Of a stretch of 64,000 bases of DNA, positions 13,357 through 28,002 are shown piece by piece (position 1 is the first letter of the stretch; the number at the start of each line of letters is the position of its first letter). Location of the stretch: NCBI GenBank assembly GCA_964016885.1, contig OZ024743.1, positions 168,516,001 through 168,580,000 on the forward strand. The letters run 5' to 3'. The translations under genes were made by a program, and so were the position numbers. The notes beneath the pieces are model-generated. The model did no database searches, was not told the DNA's origin, and saw only the letters and a list, made by a program, of their open reading frames with translations. Origin of the DNA: Eledone cirrhosa (Eukaryota).

Positions 13357-13702
13357 TTGCGAGGTTTTTTATATGAAATCGTGTGTCGAAACAGATATTG
13401 TTATACTTGGGGAGGGTCATATTTGCGTAATATTGCCAGAATTAATAACAGAACACACTCTCTGTTAGGTTGGTTTTCGCTTCTCGCTGTCTTTTATTAT
13501 ATCTACGATCTAACTTACTCGGTCCTCAATGTTGCCATTGACTGACCGGCGGTCAAAAATAATACAGATACAATATAGACACAAACACATATATATATAG
13601 TTTACATAATTTACATAAATCTTTCGTTGCACATCTGCAACATCGTCAGTGGTGTTATATTCATTGTTCCTCCTGTTGTGTTGTGTATGTCTACGCCATT
13701 TT

Positions 13703-13705
<3 letters not shown>
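13355..13705 (+). repeat. Interspersed repeat family, (TA)n-flanked
   Basis: gatattgttatacttggggagggtcatatt...ggtcctcaatgttgccattgactgacc recurs at 42605-42900, more distantly at 54910-55160 and inverted at 57570-57710. Confidence 0.8.
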
Positions 13706-13756
<51 letters not shown>

Positions 13757-13757
13757 A

Positions 13758-13806
<49 letters not shown>

Positions 13807-14172
13807 AATGAAAAATGGCGTGTTGCGTTGTTGCGAATATGAACATATGAATGAAAATAGACCGAGAAACAGGAATGACCATCATCAGTAGCCTGCTGAT
13901 TATCATTGGTATTTCTTCGCATTAAAGACTAGATACCTAAAATCAGTGCCACCGATAAATAAATTAAGTTATCGGGACAGATAAATAAATTAAGTTATCG
14001 TAAAGAGAGGAAAAGAGAGACAAGTCAATGAATCTTGTGGGCTTAAGTCCGAACAAATCAAATGACGAGAAGAGGCAGACACGTCCGAGCCACGCGAAAA
14101 GTGAGAGGGGAAAGAATTTCACGCAGGTCAGACAGGAGGAAGTGAGAGAGGAAGAGTAGCAGAGAGTGAGTG

Positions 14173-14450
14173 GTACAAAATCAAAGTTAGAAGAAAAAAT
14201 GTACATAAACATACCAAAATCATCAAATATATCTCTACCCCTGAGGTTTCATTCGCTTTTTGGAAATATCCGATCTTGGATAAATCAACGAGTTTCGAAA
14301 TCATCAGGAGAAAACTCAATTGGACAAAGATTTTTATTTAAAAAAATTGGACAAAGTGTGAGGAAGCGAATGAAACCCCCGGGGGTAGAGATATATTTGA
14401 TGATTTTGTTATGTTTATGTACACTTTTTCTTCTAACTTGTATTTTGTAC
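14173..14450. repeat. About 85-bp inverted repeat enclosing a stem-II-less hammerhead-like core
   Basis: Arms 14173-14258 and 14364-14450; minus-strand CTGATGAtttcGAAAC at 14292-14307. Confidence 0.75.
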
Positions 14451-14542
14451 TTAATTATGTATGGTTAACTGTATGTCTAGTCAATTTCTACAGTCTATCA
14501 GAAATACTAGGTAAATTATCTGTGGCTGTGAATCGCGGATAA

Positions 14543-15422
<880 letters not shown>

Positions 15423-15465
15423 TATACACATATCTATATATACATCTATATATACATATATATAC

Positions 15466-15552
<87 letters not shown>

Positions 15553-15559
15553 TATATAC

Positions 15560-15620
<61 letters not shown>

Positions 15621-15621
15621 C

Positions 15622-15685
<64 letters not shown>

Positions 15686-15763
15686 CGCATCGCCTGGTCC
15701 AGGAATCGAACTCACAACCTTACGATTGCGAATCCAATTCTCTAACAACTCAGCCACACGCCT
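15686..15763 (-). mobile_element. tRNA-like SINE head
   Basis: Minus: ggcgtgtggctgagttgttag (A box) ... gagttcgattcc (B box), ending in (TA)n. Confidence 0.7.
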
Positions 15764-15878
15764 TCTAAAGGAACGATCGACTTTCGTCAAATCGGACCGA
15801 GGGAACAATGTTTCCGTTGGTCTTTCCAATTGCTAATACTATCTATCGGTCGCAACTTCAGGTAGAAGGAGCAACGTG

Positions 15879-15969
<91 letters not shown>

Positions 15970-16095
15970 GCATTATAAAGAAAGAAGAAACATTCGACAT
16001 AAATTTAAAAAAATATTTATATACCCAATATTCTTCAACATATATATATATATATGAGAGTATTGAAGTTTGCTTGAAGCATTGTGGAATAATAG

Positions 16096-16513
16096 GTAAA
16101 TATCTTTAAGTCGTTTGGAAGCCTCGACAATGCAAATGGGTAAATCTCCGGGTAACAAGATCCGGTGGTGGAGAGAGAGATGTAAGTGGCTGTACGTTGA
16201 GATGCGTGGTGTGTATAAGACGTGTAGAAGAATGAAGGAAAGAGTATAAAGGATAAAATAAAAATAAGAACACGAGAGAGAGTTACCTTGGGAGAGATTT
16301 AATTGTCCCCAATCTCTCCCAAGGTAACTCTCTCTCGTTTTCTTATTTTATTTTATCCTTTATACTCTTTCCTTCATTCTTCTACAGGTCTTATACACAC
16401 CACGCATCACAGCGTACACCCACTTACATCTCTCTCTCCACCACCGGATCTTGTTACCCGGAGATTTACCCATTTGCATTGTCGAGGCTTCCAAACGACT
16501 TAAAGATATTTAC
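16096..16513. repeat. Foldback palindrome centred near 16303
   Basis: gtaaatatctttaagtcgtttggaagcc... / ...ggcttccaaacgacttaaagatatttac; the arm also resembles 10780-10990. Confidence 0.92.
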
Positions 16514-17523
16514 ATATATATATATATATATATATATATTCACTAGTTAAACAAATGAAGACCACAATCTCACATAGAAGACATTAGTCAAAGAGTATCA
16601 ACATTTAGTGCAGTTTAATATAAAAAAGAGAGGATAAGAATGTCAGTTTACAATTGTTACACTACTCCTTTCTGGATCAATCGAAGGTAAGATCGTTATC
16701 GATTTGGTGCAGAGAAAGATAAGTAACATAAAATAATATTATGGATCAGATCCTCGGAACTTGAGATGTGATAATGAAATTATTAATATATATAAAGTAG
16801 AAATAAAAATAAAATAAGAGGGTTACGTGTCCGTAAAGAATCCTCAGATTAGCAGCTCCCTAGATGAGGTCTCTTGGCACTGGAGAACTCAAGTGTATGG
16901 TATAAACAAACATTACATATTTGTCGAGGCTGAAAGTAAACAATGCCGCCTATCGCATAACAAGATGGCTTTTGTAGGAAAATTGCCTAATTATATAGAG
17001 ATGGCTTGCAAGGGAGGTAACTCATTGAAGAGCCAAAGGCCCTAATGAGAGTTGTAATCAAGATAATGCCAGGGAGGTAGCTTATAGGTATAGTCACAAT
17101 GAGATTTGTAACACAAGATAATGCGAGGGAGGTAACTTATAGGTGTTTATGTGGTGGACGAACGATGACTTTAGTTTGTTAGTTATAGGGAGGAGCATGA
17201 CTAAATGATAGGCTAAGTTGGGTCGAATATTCTGTTAGTGAAGGAGCTCGCTCTGCGGTGGTGGCAGTTGATGACCAACTCATTCCTGTCATTGATGAGG
17301 GGGGGGGGGGCTTGACAAAGTTATATGATAGGCCTCGGTAAGACAGAGATCGCAACAATTTCTACTCCCATTAAACGCTGGTGATCTAGCTACGATATCC
17401 CAAGTTAGTCAATGTTCAATGTTGGCTAGTTTAAGAATTTGAATGAGCCTGGCTAGAGAGGTTGAGCATCTATGGCTACGGTCGCGGTAAGAATATATAT
17501 ATAAATGAATATATATACATATA

Positions 17524-17748
17524 TATATGAAAGAAGTAAAATAAGAAAATTTTAAAAATTAAAAATTAACTTAGTTACTAAAATTTTCACTCCAACTAAT
17601 TAGTTTCTGTAATGGGATAAAGATAGTTACGCAATGTAACTGTCGAGAATTCATTACGTCCCATTACAGAAACTAATTAGTTGGAGTGAAAATTTTAGTA
17701 AGTTAATTTTTAATTTTTAAAATTTTCTTATTTTACGTCTTTCATATA
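17524..17748. repeat. Foldback with about 40-bp spacer
   Basis: Arms 17524-17618 and 17659-17748 (aattttcactccaactaattagtttctgtaatggga / reverse complement). Confidence 0.9.
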
Positions 17749-17862
17749 ATTGTTCTGCATCCTCCTGCATTGAACCACCTAGGTACTATGACATAACTTA
17801 TGTATTTGCTAGCATTAGTGTACATCTGTACGCATATGTCGGTAAATATACTAATTCTCTAA

Positions 17863-17914
<52 letters not shown>

Positions 17915-17988
17915 GTATACATATATATATATGTATACATATATATATATATATACATATATATGTATACATATATATATATGTATAC

Positions 17989-18045
<57 letters not shown>

Positions 18046-18220
18046 TGTATACATATATATATATACATATATATACATACATATATACATATATATACAT
18101 ATATATATATACACATATAGATATACACATATATATATATATATATACATATATATACATATATATATACACATATAGATATATACATATATATATATAC
18201 ATATATAAATACATATATAT

Positions 18221-18275
<55 letters not shown>

Positions 18276-18280
18276 CATAA

Positions 18281-18370
<90 letters not shown>

Positions 18371-18372
<2 letters not shown>

Positions 18373-18431
18373 CTCTTTTACTCTTTTACCTGTTCCAGCC
18401 AGCCGGCTGATGCCATGCTAGGGCACCGCCC
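18371..18431. mobile_element. Short interspersed repeat terminus
   Basis: tactcttttacctgttccagccagccggctgatgccatgctagggcaccgcc; second copy at 38294-38354. Confidence 0.65.
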
Positions 18432-18449
18432 TTGTTGTTACATATTTTA

Positions 18450-19543
18450 TCTCCAGCCTGTATTGGTTGGCCACTGGTGCAAGAGGGAGTTTGTTGTTGC
18501 TGCCCTTAGGTTTCCCTCGTTCCTTGCTGTGGGCTCCTCCGGGATGCTGGATAGCAAGGTGTCGAGATGTTTCTTGAAGACATCCACCTCCACACCATGC
18601 AGATCTCTCAGATCCCTTGGCAGCTTGTTGAAGGGTTGAGGGCCCTTGAACCCCAGGCTATTGCAATATCTGCTCCTTATTCTAGATGTGGAAGACGGGA
18701 CCTTTGGCACCACACATTGACGTGCTGTACGATGGTTGGTCCAGCTCCCAATGCCAAAGTGGTGCTAGTCCCACCAGGATTTTCCACATGTAGATCACTG
18801 CCTATCTCTCCCGTCTTCGTTTCAAGAAGTAGAGCTTCAGTTCTTTTAGCCTCTCCCAGTAGCTTATCTCCTTCATTGTGGATATCCTCTTGGTGTAGTT
18901 AGTTTGACACTATGGGGTGACCACAACTGGGAGCAATAGTTCAGGCGACTTAGGAAAAATGTCCTCCATAGTGTCAACTTGGTGTCTCGATCTCTTGTCC
19001 GGAAAGTCCTCAAGATCCAGCTACCTAGTCGTCTGCACATTGTCACCACTTCCATGATGTGTGGGGAAAAAGATGCATCATCGCTCATGTATATAGCCAG
19101 TCCTGCGTAACTGTGTTGTACTGTATTTGTGTTTGCAGGTTTTAATGTAGGGCTTGGAATTTGCCAGCATTAAACCGCATGTTGTTGTCTACCGCCCATT
19201 TGTATATGGCATCCAGATCTTGTAAAAGGGCAGCGTCAGCGGGGTTTTTGATTGCATGTGCTACCTTGGTGTCATCAGCTTACCTAGTGAGGGCTGTCGT
19301 TGTATGTACTACAGAGGGCATGTCCGAGAGAGCCACCAAAAACAGTAGTGGTCCCAGGACTGTGCCTTGGGGCACCCCACTTATTATTGATGTTTCCTTT
19401 GAGAGGAGTCCGTTTGCTGCGACTGTCTGGCTTCTGTCCTTTAAGACGCCATGCAACCACTCACCTACGTTTCCAGTTATGACGAGTCCGTGTAGTTTGT
19501 GACATATCATTCCGTGGTCGACATTGTCAAAGGCTTTCGCAAA
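18450..19543 (-). pseudogene. CR1/L2-type non-LTR retrotransposon, RT and C-terminal part, 5'-truncated
   Basis: [35 protein letters not shown]...SRLNYCSQLWSPH, FNKLP...FKKHLD. Confidence 0.9.
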
Positions 19544-19677
19544 TGTATATATGTATATACATATGTATATATATGTACATATATATATAGGTATATATAT
19601 ATATATGTACATACATATACATATGTATATATATATGTATATATATATATATATATGTATATATATGTATATACATG

Positions 19678-19708
<31 letters not shown>

Positions 19709-20288
19709 GTATATATATATATATATACATATATATACATATATATATATGCATATATATATATATATATGTATATATATGTATATGTATATATATATAT
19801 ATGCATATATATATATTTTATATCTGTATCGACCTTTAGCCTGACACTGCTTTGACTGATACACTATATCACATACATGTATGTGGTTGCGCGTGTGTGT
19901 ATGTTTATACGCGTACTTTCATCCTTGTATGGGTATATATTTCAATCCTTAGTCCATGAGTCTGTATGTTCGCTAACTCTATTATCTTACAATTTATTTT
20001 TTCAACATATATTATATGCATATTTGTGGTCACACATACACTGATATGCTTGCCCTCATGTATGTACTTACGCACACATTTTCTCACTATACACATGCAT
20101 TTGTACAAACACACATATGTACATTTGTAGGTGCATATACATACATTTATACACATACCCTTACTATATTTCCTTATTTTGTTTTTATATATCTTTTGCA
20201 TTACTTTTATTTATATATATTTTTTTGCCATGTTAAACTTTTGCCATTCTTGAGAAGATTTTTCAAATATTTCACTATGTTTTAAATT

Positions 20289-20358
20289 GGCTTGTCTGAC
20301 GAACGAATGAGGACGTTTCTTGTATTCGTCTTATTCGGGAAAGCTCTGGTAATGAGGT
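20289..20358 (+). ncRNA. Hammerhead-like motif with long stem II
   Basis: cttgt CTGACGA acgaatgaggacg/cgtcttattcgg GAAA gctctggta atgag; stem III imperfect. Confidence 0.55.
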
Positions 20359-20422
20359 AAGTATATTGTATTGTTTATTATACATTATATATATGCATAT
20401 ATATATACACATATATATATAC

Positions 20423-20466
<44 letters not shown>

Positions 20467-20663
20467 CTATATCTATGAGTCTATATATATATATATAGTG
20501 TATATATATGTACGTCAATACTCATCTTTATCCATTTACCTGAGGGTTCTAAACACCATTAACAGGCTAAAATTCCTTTAGTCAAAAATACGGTGAAAGC
20601 GATTCTATTTTCTAATTTCAAACCTGCTCACTGTTTCAAAACATACTTACTTGATATATATGT

Positions 20664-20762
<99 letters not shown>

Positions 20763-20903
20763 GAGTTTATGTTGGTTGTATACCAACACCTCAGTATGCA
20801 GGCTGGAGTACTCGACGAAGTGCGCAGGTTGGTTTGGTTACTCCGGAGTAGTGTAAAATAAAGTTAAATAAAAGTCAAATGATTAAAATTTAGCTTCGTT
20901 TAT

Positions 20904-20960
20904 TACTGCTATATATATTTCAGTGACAGCCATCTTTGGCTGTGACCTCTTCAGGTAGTT
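20904..20960 (-). ncRNA. Type I hammerhead ribozyme-like motif
   Basis: Minus: actac CTGAAGA ggtcacagcca-aaga-tggctgtcact GAAA tatatata gcagt. Confidence 0.7.
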
Positions 20961-21159
20961 TGAATTAGTATGGTATAGACAAGTACATATGATGTTTAGG
21001 TGTATAATATTGTCAATACTCTGATATGCCAAGTTCCTAGTTGGGTTGTTAATTCACTGAGGAACTGGAGTCATATGAATTCAAACAAACGAATTTCAGT
21101 GTCAAAGGTCCCCTTCTCCTCTCATTGGTCAGTTATTAGAACATTCTTCATTCTAATAA

Positions 21160-21762
21160 CTGTGAAGGACATATTATCTATATATTACGTTTCCTGGATT
21201 GTGAAAATGGTGGTGTATACGAAAACCATAACACTGTTTTGCTTCTCATTTTTTATATTTTTAATATTTCTCTGAATACAAGCTTCTATATCATACATAA
21301 ACAATCCTTTACCAATACAACCCCCATAATACTCTTGATTGCCCGCTTAAAGTGCTTGTATTCCATATAACATCTTACCGCACTATAATCTTATATAAAT
21401 AACACACACGTGCATACCCCACGTGTAACTATTGCATACACTAACTACTTCTAACTATCCTCTTGCATTATCTTCGTAAACTGCTAATGTTGTATTTTAA
21501 CTTTAATTTTTATTGTAATTTTCTTTTAATATGACTTTAATCTTTGAATGTAAATTGCCATGCTAAAATATTATAATGGATGTCAACCCACTGTGCATCG
21601 ATATATACATATGATTCTGTATGTCTCTTGTGTTGGAAAGGAGGTCATGTATGTAAACAATCATTGAAAAATTGCTCCGAAGACTTCAAACCTCGGTTTG
21701 GAAGAAACAATTGTAAGCGAATAAATGGTTTGAACAGAACTTTGATTCATGTAATTTCTATA
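21160..21762 (+). repeat. PLE pseudo-LTR-like repeat with CCGAAGA hammerhead
   Basis: Copies at 26110-26660 (-), 33510-34110 (-) and 34170-34420 (+, directly upstream of a PLE ORF). Confidence 0.8.
21671..21721 (+). ncRNA. Type I hammerhead ribozyme, CCGAAGA variant core
   Basis: ttgct CCGAAGA cttcaaacc-tc-ggtttggaa GAAA caattGTA agcga: stems I and II plus palindromic stem III (acaattgt). Confidence 0.7.
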
Positions 21763-21792
21763 TATGTGTATATATATAGGTATATACATATG

Positions 21793-21866
<74 letters not shown>

Positions 21867-21872
21867 TGTATA

Positions 21873-21939
<67 letters not shown>

Positions 21940-22052
21940 AGATCTATGTATAAATATATGTATATATATGTATATATATATATATGTGTGTATATATATA
22001 TATATGTTTGTATATATTTTTATACATATATAAATGTATATATATATATGTG

Positions 22053-22085
<33 letters not shown>

Positions 22086-22208
22086 GTATATATATGTATA
22101 TATATATGTATATATATATGTATATATAGGTATATATATATATGTATATATATATGTATATATGTCGGTATATATATATATGTGTATATATATAGGTATA
22201 TATATATG

Positions 22209-22271
<63 letters not shown>

Positions 22272-22450
22272 GTATATACATGTATATATATATATGTATA
22301 TTTATATGTATAAATATAGGTATATATGTATATATATATATATACGTGTGTATATATATATGTGTGTATATATTTATATATATATATACATGTATATATA
22401 TATGTGTATATATATATGTATATATATGTATATATGTATGTTTATGAATA

Positions 22451-22511
<61 letters not shown>

Positions 22512-22552
22512 GTATATATATATATATATGTAGGTATATATATATATATGTA

Positions 22553-23215
22553 GTTCTTTCAAAATATTCCCTACCAATTAGAATGAATGAATATAGTGAT
22601 GCTCTGGACACTTCACAGAAACATAGTCAGAAGTGTAAACTGGTTGTGTGGATGTTACAACACCAGATATTAATCCAGCTCCATACTTACATCTTCCTGT
22701 ATGTCCCCACACAAAAGAGCAAAAAGAAGAGACTGACAGACTCCCTACTGTCATCCACGCCATTGTTGCAGTACCTCCTTGGCAGGAGTATTCCTGATGT
22801 CACCATTGATGAGAATTGTGTGCTAGTGAGGACGCAAAGTTCTTCAGATATTGCATCAGTAAACAGCGATGAAAGTTTTAACTTGGTTATTCCTCACTCA
22901 ACGTCATCACAGATATCAAAACCTCCATCTCTTGATATACTCAACATAGAAGAGAGTATCCGTGACTCTATGTTAAAGATTCTCACTCCAGAAGAGTTTG
23001 AAGCAATTTTACGTTTATCTGCTGCTCGCAATGTTGATGACTTGCAACTTTTCACTAAACTCTGCTGTTATTTTAATGGAAAACATCATCTGGAAGAAAT
23101 CATGTACTATGAAGATCTGCGTTGTTCTCAAGTTGTTGCAATATTGGATGAGTTCCGTGATAGTCTTGAAACATGTACACACGAGGACCCAGTCACTTCC
23201 ATCTATGTACGGTAG
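22553..23215 (+). CDS. NPRL3: GATOR1 subunit NPRL3 C-terminal region (terminal exon or 5'-truncated retrocopy)
   Basis: VLSKYSLP...[16 protein letters not shown]...[11 protein letters not shown]...[13 protein letters not shown]...THEDPV matches the recalled NPRL3 C-terminus ([35 protein letters not shown]); frame is open to TAG; the upstream part of the tracked ORF is microsatellite. Confidence 0.85.
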   Translation, partial: VLSKYSLPIRMNEYSDALDTSQKHSQKCKLVVWMLQHQILIQLHTYIFLYVPTQKSKKKRLTDSLLSSTPLLQYLLGRSIPDVTIDENCVLVRTQSSSDIASVNSDESFNLVIPHSTSSQISKPPSLDILNIEESIRDSMLKILTPEEFEAILRLSAARNVDDLQLFTKLCCYFNGKHHLEEIMYYEDLRCSQVVAILDEFRDSLETCTHEDPVTSIYVR

Positions 23216-23409
23216 CATCCATCACATACACACACCCTCTCTTTAATTCAGAACTATTTCTCTCTGGCTACTCCATGGCCACCAAATAGTGTAATAGTTC
23301 TACAGGTTCCATTAACTATGTAGAAGCCTGATAATTGTTTTAATAACAAATTTAAATCAATTAAAGTTGGGAAAAAAAAAATTGTAAAAAAACCTAACTT
23401 TCTAATATA

Positions 23410-23456
<47 letters not shown>

Positions 23457-23613
23457 GATAACAAGTTATCGTTATAGGTAATCCAGTTAGAGGTTGTGAG
23501 TACTCTGCGTTGTGGATAGTTTTAACGTACGGCTTTGTTTGACTAACACGATGGTTCCATAGTTATGCAGCGAGTTCGCGGTAATTACCATGCAGGTTAT
23601 ACTTGGAGTAATA

Positions 23614-23826
23614 ATAGTTAAAGAATGAAGAGTAACATGGTTGGCTGTACAATAAGGGCTTTATTTAAAGAACTATCAATTGTTTCGTTGATGAGGTGAG
23701 TCTAGAGTTCGGTGATCGCTTGAGGTTGCGTCATTCGATCTCCAATACATTATTTACCTCTGGTCAACACATCAGAGTACGTAGAAATTGTACAGCCAAC
23801 CATCTTACTCTTCATTCTTTAACTAT
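23614..23826. repeat. 40-bp inverted repeat enclosing a degenerate minus-strand hammerhead-like motif
   Basis: Arms 23614-23652 and 23787-23826; minus CTGATGT gttga...tcaac GAAA caattg. Confidence 0.7.
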
Positions 23827-23879
23827 ATATATACATATATATATGTATATATATATAAAAAAAAATATAAAAATGATAA

Positions 23880-24240
23880 AGAAGGAACATTCTTCATGCT
23901 TGTGAAGTTAAGACTAATTCTTCTAATAGCACATATATAGGCTCCACATCTAATACTTTTAAAACTATGTTTAATTCTCATATCTCTAATTTTAAGCATG
24001 TTAAGTTTAAGAACTCTACTTCTTTAGCACACCATATCTGGGATCTTAAAGGGACTGGTATGCCATATAGCCTCAATTGGCGTATAGTAGCACGCTCTAA
24101 TAACCTATCAACACACTAAATTCTGTAATCTAGAGACCCATTCCATAATTTTCTCTAGGGAAGTTTTGCTTAATAGAAAGTCTGAGATATTTTCTTCCTG
24201 CCCCCATGCCATTTCTAATTCTTTCTTCTATTATAGACCT
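23880..24240 (+). pseudogene. PLE GIY-YIG endonuclease C-terminal fragment
   Basis: YIGSTSNTFKTMFNSH...NSTSLAHHIWDLK...NWRIV...LLNRKSEIFSSCPH. Confidence 0.82.
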
Positions 24241-25777
24241 AAAAGTTCTGGTAGTTTAAATCGTATCCATTAGCTGCTATATTTCCTTATCTTTTTTTGT
24301 TTAGGTTCATTTTGATTACTATCATCATTATTATTATTAGTTTTTTACAGCTTTTCGATTTTAGTTTCCATAGTCTTTTGGCTACCATACCCTATCTATC
24401 TTCTTAAGCATTATTATAGTTTCACTACTAACACCTTATAAGTTTATATCTTATTAAATACTTTGTTTGGAGTCTCATTCAACTAATGAACCTCCTCCTC
24501 TACACACTATATATCCGCCCCTTCTATTATACTATATATAAATTTCACCTTTATGCTCCTTTTTATGATATTATATAATATATTGATTTTACTTTTATGA
24601 TCCTTCCTATCCTCCATAATCTCTCCTCTTTCTGTTCCCATTGGTCTACCATAGTTCTATTTAGAGTCCTTTTATTTGATAACGTTATTCGACTGAACGA
24701 AGCATATTTTATTCTATTCTTGATAATTTTATTGAGATATCTTAAACTTATACGGTTTTGATGACTTAAACACTAGCCAATTTTGAAGTGACTAAATATG
24801 TATTTTAAATACTTTTAATATTAATTAATTTAAAAAGGTTTTCTAGTCAACTCTCTGGTCTACATTTCTATCTTTTTTCTTTTACTTAACCGCTTGTGAC
24901 ACCTAAGTAAATATACTTGTTTTTGTTTTTCGATCTTCGGTTTATTTTCTTTATTTTTTTACTACCACACGCTGTTTGTCTGACCATGTAATTTCATTAA
25001 TATATGTCTGTATGTCAACCACGTAAATATATTTTGTAATACTTTGTGATATTTTGGTAATATTTATGCCAATGTAAAATGACTTGACCTCCGTGTATTT
25101 GTTACAATGGTATAGATATTTTTTCAACACAATTTTTTCAACACAATTTAGTTCTATATGATTTTTTCTTACCCTGTGTAAAACTTTATACTATTTGTTA
25201 ACCTTGAATTATATGTATGATGTAATTTTGTATATCTTTTGATGCCAATATATTATAATATTGTTATTATAATGTTATTATAATGTTTCTATATTGTTTA
25301 TGCACACTGACAGGGAATTATATATTATATTTTATTTTTATTTTTATCTTTATTCTTATTTTTATCTTTATTATTATATTATACTGTAAACAATATATAT
25401 ATATTTAAATACTTAATAAGTGTTAGTTTGTATTTGTACTAATGTGTATATGTATAGATATATATATATATATATACATACATTAAGCTTTTTATTATCA
25501 CCATCTATTATATTATATTATATTCTATATCGTACTGTAATTCTCGCATTATATTACCATTTGTATTTCAAGTTTTTGCATTATATAATATTTGCAATGT
25601 GGGTTCAACATGTTAATCACTTCCTTGCTGTTTGGTCCATATCTATGTTTGTAACTGCTCACTCTTAATCTTAGCCAACTTTTCCTTGACATCTTTCCTA
25701 AGCTTTAATAGATGTATACTCCATATTCTTCTGATTTTTTGGCTTGTATTGGCCGATAGTGCTTCTTGTAGCTTTAC

Positions 25778-25819
25778 TTGCCCTGATGAGTCTTTAATAG
25801 GACGTAACATTGTTGGCTA
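25778..25819 (+). ncRNA. Hammerhead-like motif, GAAA mutated to GTAA
   Basis: gcc CTGATGA gtctt-taat-aggac GTAA cattgtt ggc, in the tail downstream of the 23880 PLE fragment. Confidence 0.55.
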
Positions 25820-26051
25820 TTAAAGACTTTTGATGTATTGAAGGCTTCTTTGGTTTATTTTTTTATAATTCTTCGGCTCTGTTTAATTACATTGAGCTAT
25901 ATCTTATACTGTCATTTCTATAATATGAAGAGGGTGTTTAACTCCAACACACTCTAGTATTTTAATTCTTATATATATATATATATATATATTTCTTGAG
26001 TGAGATGGTAGCCAGTCAGAGTTTAGCTTAAAGCTTTCTCTGTTATTGTAT

Positions 26052-26111
<60 letters not shown>

Positions 26112-26145
26112 TTACAATAATCAAAGTTCAGTTTAAGTCATTTAT

Positions 26146-26194
26146 TTGCTTACAATTGTTTCCTCCAAACCGAGGTTTGGATTCTTCGGAGCAA
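26146..26194 (-). ncRNA. Type I hammerhead ribozyme, CCGAAGA variant core
   Basis: Minus: ttgct CCGAAGA atccaaacc-tc-ggtttggag GAAA caattGTA agcaa. Confidence 0.72.
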
Positions 26195-26675
26195 CTATTT
26201 ACTGATCTATAACATACTTGACCTCCTTTTCAACCCAAGAGACATATAAGACATATGCGCATATTGATCAACAGTGGGGTGACATTCATCAAATGATATA
26301 GCATGGCAATTTACATATAAAGGTTACAGGATAAAAATAAAAATAAAAATAAAAACAAAAATGAAAATAAAGATAAACATGAAGCGTTGGCAGTCTATGA
26401 AGATAAAGCAAGAGGAAAGTTTAGAGTAGTCAGTGTATGAAACAATCTCACGTGTAGCATGCACGCGTGTCTTATCTATACATGATTAGAGTGCGTCAGA
26501 ATGATATTTGCAGGGTCAGGCATTTGAAGCAGGCAATCGATCTTATTATGTGGGCTGAATTATTAAGTCATTTATTCGCATACATCTGTATGATATACAG
26601 TCCCGGATGCAGGGAAACACCAAAATATCAGAAACTTTCAACATACTATAAACCTTATTGTATCGTAGGCATGTA

Positions 26676-27152
26676 TATATATTGGTAAACGGAATAGAAA
26701 ATGCTGACAAATTGTTCACAGTTGAAAAAATGGTTTAATTAGGAATAAAAGAGTATTAGTAATTGTATGGGTAATTATTCAGTTGTGGTTTTAAGTTTTT
26801 AAGTTTTTACCGGTTGCGCATTTCTAAATGCTTTTCAAAAATAATTTTGAGACAGAGCGTCCGTGCTGTTTGCTCAAATAATGTACACCATTTTACCAGG
26901 GGGAAAAAATACTGGTCCACCCACACACACACACACACACACATTCTCACATACACACACACACACATATACACACACACATACACACGCGTACATTAAC
27001 ATACAAAGAGACTTATACACACACACACACACACACACGCACTTCTCCGTATAAGACAAAAGCTGAAAAATATCTTTTGACATGCTAAAATACCCCCCAT
27101 TGCTTACAGACACATTCTTACTGACCATCCCTGCTACCACGAATTACTCTGC

Positions 27153-27191
<39 letters not shown>

Positions 27192-27810
27192 ATCTTAATA
27201 GCCATTTGACACACATCCCTGCTAACCATTATCACAACATCGAACACCTTACTACTACTACACACACACACATACACACATATTTGTTGTGAAAGAGTCA
27301 TTTCTCAATCTTGGCGAAAAACCAATTTTTTAGTCATATGACCTCTACCGACCAATCAAAATTGTTTTGACCACAAGAATTTTTGCAAACACCAAGTAGT
27401 GCTGGAGCCACTTTTTTAACATAAAAACAGTCTTGGCGCAAAATCAATTTTTTACATTCACATGACCTCTACCGACCAATCAAAATTGTTTTGACCACAA
27501 TAATTTTTGCAACAACAAAGTAGCGCTGGAGCCACTTTTTTAACATAAAAACAGGTAGAATTCCCAAAACTAATCAGATCAGAGCAAACAGCACGGACAC
27601 TCTGTCTCAAAATTATTTTTGAAAAGCATTTAGAAATGCGCAACCGGTAAAAACTTAAAAACTTAAAACCACAACTGAATACTAACCCATACAATTACTA
27701 ATACTCTTTTATTCCTAATTAAACCATTTTTCAACTGTGAACAATTTGTCAGCATTTTCTATTCCGTTTACCAATATATAATAACTTGTGTGTTACACCT
27801 CTATTCTTTT
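26676..27810 (+). mobile_element. Non-coding PLE 3'-UTR/pLTR copy preceded by an inverted copy of its own end
   Basis: 26877-27810 is the reverse complement of 51887-52830; 26676-26876 is the reverse complement of 27581-27780; internal duplication of about 120 bp at 27310-27550. Confidence 0.8.
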
Positions 27811-27813
27811 AAC

Positions 27814-27920
<107 letters not shown>

Positions 27921-27933
27921 TTATATGTATATA

Positions 27934-28002
<69 letters not shown>

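Noticed and set aside
15770-15870. Further hammerhead candidates (15770-15870, 24690-24740, 51595-51630, 52240-52295)
   Set aside because: Cores or stems too degenerate to support by eye
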